Origin: an uncultured Planctomycetaceae bacterium
GTDB taxonomy: Bacteria; Planctomycetota; Planctomycetia; Isosphaerales; Isosphaeraceae
NCBI GenBank assembly: GCA_963833985.1
Contig: CAWIAD010000002.1
Coordinates: 2,080,001-2,144,000 of the forward strand
Length of the DNA stretch: 64,000 bases
Reading direction: 5' to 3'
The notes beneath the pieces are model-generated. The model did not search any database. It saw only the letters and a program-made list of their open reading frames with translations, and was not told the DNA's origin. The translations under genes were made by a program, and so were the position numbers. Shown here one piece after another: positions 39,274 through 48,737 of the stretch (its first letter is position 1; each line of letters begins with the position of its first letter).

Positions 39274-40290
39274 TTGCCCGTGTCCACTGACTTAGTCGTT
39301 ATAGAGCAAGGTGGCCCACCAGGTCGAAGGCCAGACGAGCTTCCCGCCCTGGTCATCCGGGCCGGGAGACCCGCCCGGGCGTGGACTGACTTCTTTGACG
39401 GCCGCTTGCGGAACGACCACACACGCAGAGCTTACGCCCGCTCGGTGCGCCACTTCCTCGCATGGTGCGAGCGGGAGCAGCTCGACCTTCCCCGCATCAT
39501 GGCCGGCGACGTCGGCCGCTACCTCTCGCAACTCTCGGGCGGGCCCGAAAAGAAGAAGGCGACGCTTGCCGCACTCAGGCGATACTTCCGCATCTTAGTC
39601 GAGCGGCACATCTGTCTTATCAATCCGGCTTCTGAGGCAGAGACGGACCGATACGAAATCGTCGAAGGCAAGACGCCCGAAATCACCGATACTCAGTTTC
39701 GAGCGTTACTCGCTGTCATCGATTCGACGACGATGACCGGCCTGAGAGACCAGCTCATCATAAAGACGCTTGCCTACACGGGGGCCAGAGTCGGAGCAGT
39801 GGCAGGCCTTGAGCGGGAGCACTATTATGAGGCCCGGGACCAGTGGATGCTTCACTTTGACGAGAAGCGAGGCAAGTCTCGGGAGATTCCCGTTGCCCAC
39901 GACTTGAAGACTCTCTTCGACGAGTACCTTGAACGAACCGGCATCAAGCACGAGCGGCGGAGACGAGACCCCGAGACAAACGAATTTGAGCCCATCTATC
40001 TCTTCAGGACCGCGTTGAGACGAAGCGGCCGGCTGACGAAAAACCCTATCTCCGGAAACGACATCTACCGCATGATGCAGAGGCATGCCGAGACGGCAGG
40101 CCTGGGAGCTAAGTTCTCACCGCACAGTTTCCGCGTGGCGATTGAGACGGACCTCCACGAGCAGGGCATTCCGACCGATGAGATTCAGACACTTCTCGGG
40201 CATTCGGATGTCCGGACGACAAACCTTTACAAGCGGAACCGCCGTGGCGTCACGCGAAACCTCGTCGAGCGGATTAGACTCGGCCGGTGA
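39274..40290 (+). CDS. Tyrosine recombinase/integrase (XerC/D-like)
   Basis: SAM-like N-terminus RNDHTRRAY; catalytic R (GARV), K (EKRGK), HSFR, GH, Y. Confidence 0.92.
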   Translation: MPVSTDLVVIEQGGPPGRRPDELPALVIRAGRPARAWTDFFDGRLRNDHTRRAYARSVRHFLAWCEREQLDLPRIMAGDVGRYLSQLSGGPEKKKATLAALRRYFRILVERHICLINPASEAETDRYEIVEGKTPEITDTQFRALLAVIDSTTMTGLRDQLIIKTLAYTGARVGAVAGLEREHYYEARDQWMLHFDEKRGKSREIPVAHDLKTLFDEYLERTGIKHERRRRDPETNEFEPIYLFRTALRRSGRLTKNPISGNDIYRMMQRHAETAGLGAKFSPHSFRVAIETDLHEQGIPTDEIQTLLGHSDVRTTNLYKRNRRGVTRNLVERIRLGR

Positions 40291-40355
40291 GAACACACGG
40301 CACCTAGGCAGTCTCCTGTCAGGTACACGTCAACAGCATGGGACGTTGAAAGGGT

Positions 40356-42110
40356 TCATTGAGTGCCGATTTCCTGAGGGTCACTGTCAGGAGGCACGGT
40401 CCAAAAGCCCCTGTTAAAGAGCTTTGCGAGATATTGCCGATGGGCCGGTACGAGCTTCCTAAGAGCTTCTACATCGTTTACGCCCAAGAGACCAAGAAGC
40501 CGCTCCGCGTATTTCTTGCTCTTGGCACGCAGAAGAAATTTTGGGCCATTCGCCGGCATATATAGAACGCTCCAAGGTCGCCAATACTCGAACATATCGT
40601 CTTGTGCGATAGCGAACGCTCGCATGGACAGAAAATAGTCTGCCTCAGTGAATTGTTCGCGGGGTGTCACCTTGGCCAAGTCGCCCTCGGTGTGTCGTTT
40701 CGTGAGTATCTCGGAGTGAAGACTTATCCTCCTCAGGTTTAGCCGCCGATTGCGACGCTCAAGCAGGTCAAGGTGTTCGGAAATGTCATTGAACCCAGCA
40801 ATACCCGGCTGATAATTGATGCAATTATTGGCATAAATGCCATCGCTCAGTAACTCGCCGACCGTTTCCCAGCGGTCTTCACGAATAAGCGACGCTATAA
40901 ATATGACGAATAACTCATGTCCGAGGAATTTATAGAAATCAAAGGAATATGTGTAGTAACTTCCTCCGCCTTTGGACGGGTTGGAATAGTATTCACTGAT
41001 TATATTCCCGAATGATTCATAAAGGGCGGTGGACGCTTCCTTGGCGTTCGTTACGGCAATGGTGGACGCGACACTGGCGAATTCAACACATAGAGGTATG
41101 GACTTCTCCAACGACTCGACTAACAGCTCGTCATGCTCACCAGGACCTGAGAACTCCGGAGCAATCTTCTTAAGCTCTTCGAGCAGCTCGGCCATGAAGG
41201 ACCGAACGCCCGACGACGCATCGGGGCGGCGGTCGCGAATGGCTTCTGTCACGGCGATTACCGACGCAGGCAGACCGGATGTCGGTGCCAAGGCCGCGAG
41301 TTTATGGTATACCGCGAGCAACTCCTTAAGGACGGCGGAGGCCCCTGAGCACGGTACGTGCGTAAAGGTGCCCGCCTCAGCATGGAAGAGGGATGGAATG
41401 GTGTCCGGTGGTTCGCTCGGATTGACCCAGAACGTCGGATAGTGCCTCTGCTTTGTTTTCCTAAAAACCCGGAGAATGCTCTCATCCGACCCTGAGTAAC
41501 CGAGCACCATGAGCCCATGGTCACTGAGGACCCGTGAAAGCTCTCTCTCCATTCGTCCCGTTAGTTTCTGGAGGTCAGCCGGGGTGTTCCGCAGCCGGCC
41601 AACGCCCATAGTTCCGTGAGGCTTGTAAACGCGGAATTGCTTGCAGTGGATGAGCGGCTCCGAGTGCTCAAGGTCGTCGTCGTTCGATATGACTTGGACG
41701 CTCAATCCGACCTTGGCAAGAGCTTGCTCAATGAGGTCGTCAAAGTTTGTCGTGATGATACAACGGAGTACCTTTAACCGTGCTAGTTCCGCGATAAGGA
41801 CGTGAGCTTTGCCAGGTTCTTTGGCCCGGAGCTTTTCGCGTATGAACTGTTGTTGTTCTACAGATGTACTGAAGAGTCCTCCTATTAGTTCGGAGTACTT
41901 CATGTCTTTGTAACGACTTCCAAGAAACCACGTCTGCAAGTCGGTGCCGTCGTCTACTTCATTGGTACGGAGGACAGCAGCAGTTTGAAGCATTAGATCC
42001 CAGGCCGTTGGGAGCCCCGCGTCCTTCGATAATCCAGCACCGGCAAGACACACATACTTGGCTTCGCCGGGTGTCGCACTTGTTGCCAGTTTCACGAGCG
42101 GAGGCAGCAT
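40356..42110 (-). CDS. SIR2-domain (NADase-type) defence protein
   Basis: GAGLS..AGLPT, TTNFDDLIE, KPHG, GYSGSD; long helical C-terminal domain. Confidence 0.85.
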   Translation of the reverse strand: MLPPLVKLATSATPGEAKYVCLAGAGLSKDAGLPTAWDLMLQTAAVLRTNEVDDGTDLQTWFLGSRYKDMKYSELIGGLFSTSVEQQQFIREKLRAKEPGKAHVLIAELARLKVLRCIITTNFDDLIEQALAKVGLSVQVISNDDDLEHSEPLIHCKQFRVYKPHGTMGVGRLRNTPADLQKLTGRMERELSRVLSDHGLMVLGYSGSDESILRVFRKTKQRHYPTFWVNPSEPPDTIPSLFHAEAGTFTHVPCSGASAVLKELLAVYHKLAALAPTSGLPASVIAVTEAIRDRRPDASSGVRSFMAELLEELKKIAPEFSGPGEHDELLVESLEKSIPLCVEFASVASTIAVTNAKEASTALYESFGNIISEYYSNPSKGGGSYYTYSFDFYKFLGHELFVIFIASLIREDRWETVGELLSDGIYANNCINYQPGIAGFNDISEHLDLLERRNRRLNLRRISLHSEILTKRHTEGDLAKVTPREQFTEADYFLSMRAFAIAQDDMFEYWRPWSVLYMPANGPKFLLRAKSKKYAERLLGLLGVNDVEALRKLVPAHRQYLAKLFNRGFWTVPPDSDPQEIGTQ

Positions 42111-42194
42111 GACTTAATCCCATAGTTCGCGGTAAGGCGACGTCCGTCGGCTGTGGTAGCAGTATACGAAAGTTCTCTACCCCCGTCGTCAACC

Positions 42195-42470
42195 TGGTGG
42201 TTCCGCTCGGCACCTAGAAAATCAGTCACGCTCACATCGCATGCATTGAGGCAGAACAATGCCCTCGATATGGTGAAGAGAAGGGCCAGGGCCGCGGGCC
42301 TCTCCGAGCGGATTTGCTGCCATACGTGCCGGGCAACGGGAATCACGGCCTACCTAGGGAACGGCGGGACCATCGAGAAGGTCCAGCAAATCGCGGCTCA
42401 CGAAAGCCCGAAGGCGACGAAGCTCCATGACCTCAGGAACGTCCAAACTACGCTCGATTGCATCGAGTGA
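42195..42470 (+). pseudogene. C-terminal remnant of a second tyrosine recombinase of the 39274 family
   Basis: FRSA..LTSHAL..MVKRRARAAGL..CHTCRATGITAYL..AAHESPKATKLHD; no N-terminus, catalytic Y appears as H. Confidence 0.75.
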
Positions 42471-42515
42471 ATTATGGTTTAATGCCTAACCCGCCGGAAC
42501 GGAGTCGCCAACGCC

Positions 42516-43901
42516 ATGCTGACACCGGAGCAGAGCAATCGGGCCGTTGAAGTGATGCGGGAGTATCTCGCAGCCCCACCGAATCCAGACGGACGAACGC
42601 CCCTTCAAATCCAGACTGAACTGGACAAGGACCGAGTCAAGCTCATCGAGACCGAGCTCAAACCGCTCGTCCAGAGCTACCTCAGTGGGCAGACGCCTCT
42701 GGCCGAGTTCAAGTCGAGAATCGACGGGATTAACAAGCGGAACGAGTTCTGGGGGTTCAAGGGCATCAAGGGCCAGATGTTCTTCAACATGGTCGTCAAC
42801 GTCTCCGACGATGAGGCCGAGTGTGACCAGGAGCTCAAGGCCGCCGTCGCCCTGCCCGCGGTCGAGGACATCGCCAGCAGCCGCATCAAGACGTTCCACA
42901 GCTACGTGCGGCGAATCGGCAACGAGTTCGTCGAGAGGGGAGGGTCGAAGCAGGGGCGACCCAACCCCGGGAGCATCCCGTTCTTCCTGTCCTATTTCTG
43001 GCAGATTCAGGACCGGTCGACCTGGCCCGTGTATTACACGAACAGCGTCAACACGATGATTGACCTCAACCTCTGGCAGCCAAGCGACGAGCTCGCCGTG
43101 GATTACGTCGCCTACAAGCACATCCAAGAAGAGCTCACCGCCTTCTTCACGAAAGCATCAGGCCGACCCTTCGACCTCTACGGGGTCGAGCACGTCTTCT
43201 GGTTCAAGGGCGGGAATCCCTATGGCGATGCGAAGCCACTCCGCGACGCGGAAAGGCTGACCACGCCCCAGCCCAAACCACCGGCCGTCATAGACGCCAC
43301 GTCCGTCTCCCGACTCCCCGAGAGCTATGTCCCGCCGGTTATCGCCATCTTGCCGAGCATGGCCCGTAACGAGCCCGGCTTGGAGGACGCAGCCAAGGCG
43401 TCGGGAACCAGCTTGCCGAGAGCCTTCGAGAAGAGCATCCATGCCGCCTTCACCGTCCTCGGCTATGACACGAAGCTACTCGGTCAAGGGAGTGGCCGGG
43501 TACCAGATGGGTTGGCGTTAGAGCTCGATAACTCGTACGCCATTCTCTGGGACGCCAAGACCCGTGAGGACGGCTACAGCATGGGGACCGATGACCGGGC
43601 CATCCGAGAGTACGTGATGACCCAGAGCCGGGAACTCAAGCGACGACGGGCCTTGCGGAACATCTACTACGCCATCATCTCAAGCGGATTCAAGGATGAC
43701 TACGACGACCTTATCCGTTCCATCAAGATGGAGACGGACACGAACGAGGTCTGCCTCATCGAGGCGTCTGCCCTGGTGGCAATGGTCGACGCGAAGCTCC
43801 GCAACCCTCTGCAAGTCTCTTTGGGGCCGGACGGCTTGCAGCGACTGTTCAGCAATAGCGGAATCCTTACCCCCGAGGACGTTCTTAAGAACTTCGGTTA
43901 G
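42516..43901 (+). CDS. Endonuclease with FokI-like cleavage domain
   Basis: LGQGSGRVPDG..ILWDAKTREDGY..IREYV parallels FokI LGGSRKPDG..IVDTKAYSGGY..MQRYV. Confidence 0.7.
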   Translation: MLTPEQSNRAVEVMREYLAAPPNPDGRTPLQIQTELDKDRVKLIETELKPLVQSYLSGQTPLAEFKSRIDGINKRNEFWGFKGIKGQMFFNMVVNVSDDEAECDQELKAAVALPAVEDIASSRIKTFHSYVRRIGNEFVERGGSKQGRPNPGSIPFFLSYFWQIQDRSTWPVYYTNSVNTMIDLNLWQPSDELAVDYVAYKHIQEELTAFFTKASGRPFDLYGVEHVFWFKGGNPYGDAKPLRDAERLTTPQPKPPAVIDATSVSRLPESYVPPVIAILPSMARNEPGLEDAAKASGTSLPRAFEKSIHAAFTVLGYDTKLLGQGSGRVPDGLALELDNSYAILWDAKTREDGYSMGTDDRAIREYVMTQSRELKRRRALRNIYYAIISSGFKDDYDDLIRSIKMETDTNEVCLIEASALVAMVDAKLRNPLQVSLGPDGLQRLFSNSGILTPEDVLKNFG

Positions 43902-43976
43902 CTCCCGCTGACCGATTACGGGTATGACGACGCCCCCATCACACGAACCGACCAGCTCCTCATTGGCTGAGACCAG

Positions 43977-44510
43977 ATGGATTCAACGAATATCGGCATT
44001 GCCGGCGAGTTCTACGTCCTAGCCCAACTCGCACAACGCGGTTTTGTGGCGTCCTTTACCCTGGCGAACACAAAGGGAATTGACATCATCGTCATCAACC
44101 CGCCCCTTGACCACTTCATCAAGCTCGAGGTGAAGACAACGAACAAACCGTCAAGGAAGGAGCGGCCATTTTCCCTGGACCCAGTGTATGGTTGGCCGAT
44201 GTCGGAGAAGCACGAGACGATTTCTGAATCCCGGATGTTCTATTGCTTCGTCGTTCTCCAAGGCCCTTCGACCCTCCCGCTCTTCTTTGTTGTCCCCTCA
44301 AGGTACGTCGCCGAGTACGTGCGTGAGCAACACCGCTATTGGGTTCGCACCCGGACAGAGCCACCAGACCCGTCGAACAAGGTGAGGCGGTTCCGCATCC
44401 ATCCGAGTGACCCGCTCGGGTTCAAGGATAATTGGCAACTGCTCGCCGGGGTATCACCCAGTCCCCAGCAATCCCACGTTATGGAACCTTGGGTCTCGCA
44501 CGAGCCCTGA
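43977..44510 (+). CDS. Small PD-(D/E)XK nuclease
   Basis: GIAGEFYVLAQL..N.KGIDI..LEVKT. Confidence 0.75.
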   Translation: MDSTNIGIAGEFYVLAQLAQRGFVASFTLANTKGIDIIVINPPLDHFIKLEVKTTNKPSRKERPFSLDPVYGWPMSEKHETISESRMFYCFVVLQGPSTLPLFFVVPSRYVAEYVREQHRYWVRTRTEPPDPSNKVRRFRIHPSDPLGFKDNWQLLAGVSPSPQQSHVMEPWVSHEP

Positions 44511-44521
44511 ATCGGTTCGGT

Positions 44522-44585
44522 AGCTTCGGGGACAGAAGGTGCCGGTTCAATGGCCCTGCCTGTTTGCCGGAGATAATTCCCTTTA
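44522..44585. repeat. 64-bp intergenic repeat, copy 1 (contains recombination half-site)
   Basis: 54/64 identical to 45547-45610; begins AGCTTCGGGGACAGAA. Confidence 0.9.
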
Positions 44586-44589
44586 CCTG

Positions 44590-45375
44590 TCAGAGCGTCA
44601 CCAAGGTAGAAACAAGGACTGAAATATGGCCGAGCCCGTGCCGCTGAAGTAGAGATTCCACTCGCTCCCGAAAGGCCTCGGAGCTTCCAGGCTTCAAACG
44701 AATTCCCGTGATGAGAGTGCTCAAACGGATAGGCACAAGACAGAACACATCGCCCGCTTGAAACGCCACGTCGCTAGTTCGTGAACCAGGTCGGATGACC
44801 ACCCTGTATTCCTGCTCCGGTGCGAAGTTCGCACGCTTCCGGAACACGTGACGCATGTCGCTCACTGGTTGACCCATCTCGGTGTAGAGGTCGACCGTCT
44901 CGTCACTGAAGTAGGTCACGCCGCCCACCGTGAAACCATCATATGGGGCAATCTCACCCTCACTGGTTTTTACCAGTACAGGACCACCTGTGTAGCTCGG
45001 ATGTGACAACTCGCCCTTGAGCCTCTCGACTGTTGTCATAATCATGAGCCCATCCTCGTCACGCCTCCCAGTATAGTTGGCCCACATGTGGGGTTCCTCG
45101 GATTCACCAATCACAAAACATGTTACAAACGTAGAAAATCTATTTTCCTCATACCACGCTTTTACCTGACCACCTTGGGTCGCGTCCCCTTCTGCAAGGG
45201 ATGTCTTGCCTTCAAGTTTGTCTTCGAACTCGTTGAGCCGCCTGAGATAGAGGCTGGCGTTCTGAATCAGCGACTCGAAATGCGGTGTGTAGGGCATGTA
45301 CTTGCACAGGACCGTAGCCTCATCCAAGTTCTGGACGTTCTCATCGTTGAAGAGCTGCCGCGGAGTGAATGTCAT
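44590..45375 (-). CDS. DUF2971-like hypothetical defence protein
   Basis: KY..LY..FEDKLEG, CF..E..HMWANY, V.Y, FRKRANFAPEQEYR. Confidence 0.6.
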   Translation of the reverse strand: MTFTPRQLFNDENVQNLDEATVLCKYMPYTPHFESLIQNASLYLRRLNEFEDKLEGKTSLAEGDATQGGQVKAWYEENRFSTFVTCFVIGESEEPHMWANYTGRRDEDGLMIMTTVERLKGELSHPSYTGGPVLVKTSEGEIAPYDGFTVGGVTYFSDETVDLYTEMGQPVSDMRHVFRKRANFAPEQEYRVVIRPGSRTSDVAFQAGDVFCLVPIRLSTLITGIRLKPGSSEAFRERVESLLQRHGLGHISVLVSTLVTL

Positions 45376-45460
45376 CGCTCATCCCTCGCTCTATCCGTTT
45401 CCAACACGCCTGAACGTCCCCATTTTACCGAGCGGCCATGGCAATAGCCCATCGCTTTGA

Positions 45461-45494
45461 CTTTGGGGACATAATGGACCTTATGACCCCGAAG
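45461..45494. other. dif/lox-like palindromic recombination site
   Basis: CTTTGGGGACATAA-TGGACC-TTATGACCCCGAAG: 14-bp arms (12/14) with 6-bp spacer. Confidence 0.7.
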
Positions 45495-45546
45495 CCTGCC
45501 TTCCTCGACCGACCGACCGGACCAGGAGCTGCCAGAACACACCCAC

Positions 45547-45610
45547 AGCTTCGGGGACAGAAGGTACCGGTCCAACCTCCATGCCCGTGAGCCGGAGACA
45601 ATTCCCTTTA
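45547..45610. repeat. 64-bp intergenic repeat, copy 2
   Basis: 54/64 identical to 44522-44585. Confidence 0.9.
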
Positions 45611-45630
45611 GAAGAACGGGAGGGCGAGAC

Positions 45631-46662
45631 CTATTCAACCGTAGCGAGGCCTAATGCGGACGCAGCTTCGCGAATAACACGGCAGACCAGCTCAGTCGCT
45701 TCTTGAATCTCCTCCCGAGACATAGGGACTTCTGACCCCCGTCTCTCCCACGTGCGTACCTGTTCACGATACTTGTCGTCCACGAGGCCGAGGTTGTGGG
45801 TCAGAACGTGTCGCTTAGCGAAGACCCGCTCGAGCAGCCCACGCTCGTCGGCGGTGAGAGATGAGAATATCGCGACGCCGAGGTCTCGTGCCAAGAACTC
45901 TTGAGCCCCAGCAAGCCTCTGAAAGTTGACCTTTACCTTATCGAGCTTCTTCTCGGCCTCTTCGGGGCTGAACCGCTTCCGCACGGCGTAGCGATAGAGC
46001 ATCTTGAGGAACCCCTCGAAGAGGCTAACAACGTCCTCATAGGCGTTTCCGTACATCCTTTCCTCTGCCTGACGCCCGTGAGTTTGGCCGATACGCTCGG
46101 CTTCATCGGCCAGGACGCGAATCGTGCTGACGCTCTGTGAGAGGTGCTGGGCAATGGCTCCCTGGCCGCACCAGGGACAGTGGAAAGACAACCCATAGAC
46201 CGCGTACCGATGCTGGCAGCCGCTGCACGTGACGGTCTGCTTGAGCCTTTCCTCGACGTAATGCCGAACGGAAGGCAGCGACCCTCGCTCAACCTTGATT
46301 GAGATGAGCCCTTGGCGATGTGGCCGGAAGGCTCTCTTAAGCGTGTCGTAGACGGCCCGGGCTGCGTCCCGGAATACCATCGACATAATCCAATCAAGTT
46401 GAGCTTTCGTGTTGAAGTCCTGCATGTGACCGCCGGTGCCGCAGTACGGACAGACCAACTCCAATTGGCTTAGCTCACCCGCAGGTTCGCCTTGCTCCGG
46501 GAGTTCTAGGCTGATTTTGAAGTATCTGGGGTCGCAGTTTTCGTTCGGGCATTCCCGGCCTATCAACCCGTCTTCATCAGGCTTGAGCGGCACCTGGAAA
46601 TGCTCGATGCCATCCTCATCCCGCCCGGTCCGGAATCGCCGCATGTCATGGAAGATGTCCAT
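45631..46662 (-). CDS. Zn-finger + HEPN-like protein
   Basis: CPNENC, CPYCG, CSGC, CPWCG; FQRL...RHVLTHN (Rx4H). Confidence 0.7.
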   Translation of the reverse strand: MDIFHDMRRFRTGRDEDGIEHFQVPLKPDEDGLIGRECPNENCDPRYFKISLELPEQGEPAGELSQLELVCPYCGTGGHMQDFNTKAQLDWIMSMVFRDAARAVYDTLKRAFRPHRQGLISIKVERGSLPSVRHYVEERLKQTVTCSGCQHRYAVYGLSFHCPWCGQGAIAQHLSQSVSTIRVLADEAERIGQTHGRQAEERMYGNAYEDVVSLFEGFLKMLYRYAVRKRFSPEEAEKKLDKVKVNFQRLAGAQEFLARDLGVAIFSSLTADERGLLERVFAKRHVLTHNLGLVDDKYREQVRTWERRGSEVPMSREEIQEATELVCRVIREAASALGLATVE

Positions 46663-46777
46663 CGCTCGACCGCCCCACAACCTCAAAGGAAGTCCAAGCC
46701 CTGCCATCCATGATACCCAGGACCCTCCATTTGGTGAACTGAACCTCAGAATACAGGCGACCACCGGCGGACCAACC

Positions 46778-46811
46778 TTTCTAGGTCATAACGTCCTTTA
46801 TGATCTGGAAA
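46778..46811. other. dif/lox-like palindromic recombination site
   Basis: TTTCTAGGTCATAA-CGTCCT-TTATGATCTGGAAA: 14-bp arms (12/14) with 6-bp spacer. Confidence 0.7.
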
Positions 46812-47311
46812 CAGCCACTCCGCATCGCCTCTTTAATCCTCGAAGCCGTGAATGCATCTCGGCCACCCAAGCTACACTTTTGAACCCCGCTCTGGCCAAG
46901 AACTTCAGGGCGGCTTCCTGAGGGGCTCAAAATCCAAAGGGACTCATGACCTCACGAGGAATCGTCCTTGCGGTCGGTGACAAGTGCGTCAAGCGGGGTG
47001 GTCATGTCATCCAGGAACTGGTGTTAACCCGGCGACTCTGTCTCGTCTGCGTTTCGCGTAGTCTTGTCCGTCTGCAAGAGGGCACCATTGTGCTCGGTCC
47101 CGGCCCGTCGATCAGGCTCCAGACGTGATCGATGCTGCGAGAGCATGCCCAGGAAAGTGCCTCAGAAATCTGTCAGTCCACTGACCCGGCGTTGGCAGTG
47201 GTCCTCGCTAGGATGCAGCCTCAGCCAATCTGACTTTGGTGATGGGACCCCCGATTGGAGACGATTCCGATCAGCCTCTACCCATCGCTGCGGATGGGGT
47301 GTGGGGCGAGC

Positions 47312-47743
47312 ATGGCGAAGAAACGGACGGACGCTGAAAGGAGAGTTCGCCAAACCGATCGGCTGGCTCGGGTCCTCCGGGTCCTTCAACTGATTCAGAG
47401 TTCGGGTCAGTGGACGGCAGAGAGCATCGCCAAGGAACTTGAGTGCTCCGAACGAACCGTCTATCGAGATCTCCAGACCCTTTCAGCAGCCGGTGTGCCT
47501 TGGTACTTCGACGACTTCAGTCAAAGCTATCGCATCAGGGAAGGATACAAAGGTCCTTTCCCGCATCTCCAAGCTCGAAGGAATAAGGCCCAGGGTTCTG
47601 CGTCGGGAGATGATGCCCGGTCCATCGCTTCTCTCGCTAAGGAAGCAGCCCAAAGACTCCTCACCGAAGCCGAGAGCGTTGTTCAAGCCTTGGATCGTCT
47701 GTCCAAGGCGATCGAGGATATGGCCGGACCGATGTCTCGTTGA
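47312..47743 (+). CDS. wHTH protein paralogous to WYL regulator N-terminus, lacking WYL domain
   Basis: AESIAKELECSERTVYRDLQTLSAAGVP; shares DAxRRxRQ..ARVLRVL.LIQ with 49221 gene. Confidence 0.8.
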   Translation: MAKKRTDAERRVRQTDRLARVLRVLQLIQSSGQWTAESIAKELECSERTVYRDLQTLSAAGVPWYFDDFSQSYRIREGYKGPFPHLQARRNKAQGSASGDDARSIASLAKEAAQRLLTEAESVVQALDRLSKAIEDMAGPMSR

Positions 47744-47784
47744 GCGAAAACGACAATCTGATCTCCCACCCGCCGTCAATTCTT

Positions 47785-47806
47785 GACTGACCCACCGATG
47801 TCAGTC
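47785..47806. promoter_or_regulatory. Palindromic operator candidate GACTGAC-N8-GTCAGTC
   Basis: Perfect 7-bp arms upstream of 47859; similar ACTGAC-N8-GGCAGT at 47180-47199. Confidence 0.5.
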
Positions 47807-47858
47807 TAGCCGCGTAGGCTGCTATTCACGATCTCTGAAACCTCCGTGAGTAGCACCA

Positions 47859-48737
47859 ATGAACCCCTCTGCTTTCATCAAGCAACGACAGATCTTCTGG
47901 GCCCTCCGACACGGCATTGAACTCGGCGGACAATTCCGCCACGATCCTGACCCTGGCGAAGCCAACCGAGGTGAGGCGAGCTTTGTCTACGAGTTGGAGG
48001 AGAACCTGTTTGAGCCTCTGCTTCCCGAGGTACGCCGGGAATACGAGGCAGGTGACGGCGGTGAGATTCGGCCAAATCGAACTGACGGTCGTATGTACGC
48101 AGTCAACTCATCGTCGGCCCTTGTGGTGAACGTCTTCCACTACTGGCGACGTCTCGGACAGGTTGCCGACATCGCCCGGGCCTGCCAGCTTCCCTCAACG
48201 CCGATCAGTCGAATGGAGTTTGAGGCTCATTGCCCTATAGACGATCAGTTCGAGCGTGCTCCCAACCTGGACGTGGTAATCCATTATGCTCGGAAGCAGG
48301 GTCTCCAAGCTTCCGCGATTGAGAGTAAGTTCCAGGAACCATACTCAGGCCGAAGGCACAATGGGCTCTCACCAAACTACCTCGAACTGGCGAGAGTGTG
48401 GACGGACATTCCAGCTCTTCGTGAACTGGCCGAGCAAGTCTCACCGAATAACGAGCGCTTTGCCCATCTGGACGTCCCCCAACTCATCAAGCACATCCTG
48501 GGCCTCAAAGAGGCGTACTCCAAGAGCGGATTCAGGCTGCTCTATCTCTGGTATGCGTCACCCGGGCCGGAAGCCCTCAAACACGCTCAGGAGTTGGAGG
48601 AGTTCGGAGCCTTCACGAAACGCGACGAGATCGCCTTCCAGGAACTGACCTATCAGGACGTCATCCTCAGCCTGGCTCGGAACCAGCGAGCAGGTCACAC
48701 CGCCTACATCGACTATCTCATGGATCGGTACTTTTGA
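47859..48737 (+). CDS. Putative restriction endonuclease (PGN_0703-like PD-(D/E)XK)
   Basis: SSSALVVNVF, FE, PNLDV, IESKFQEPY, QLIKH. Confidence 0.7.
   Translation: MNPSAFIKQRQIFWALRHGIELGGQFRHDPDPGEANRGEASFVYELEENLFEPLLPEVRREYEAGDGGEIRPNRTDGRMYAVNSSSALVVNVFHYWRRLGQVADIARACQLPSTPISRMEFEAHCPIDDQFERAPNLDVVIHYARKQGLQASAIESKFQEPYSGRRHNGLSPNYLELARVWTDIPALRELAEQVSPNNERFAHLDVPQLIKHILGLKEAYSKSGFRLLYLWYASPGPEALKHAQELEEFGAFTKRDEIAFQELTYQDVILSLARNQRAGHTAYIDYLMDRYF

Noticed and set aside
40298..42217. CGGCACCTAG 10-bp direct repeat flanking the SIR2 gene as target duplication
   Set aside because: Short enough to be chance; the second copy lies within the coding remnant of the recombinase
44522..45610. 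64-bp repeats as integron attC sites
   Set aside because: No RYYYAAC/GTTRRRY ends or attC-type hairpin, and the recombinase shows no obvious IntI-specific insertion
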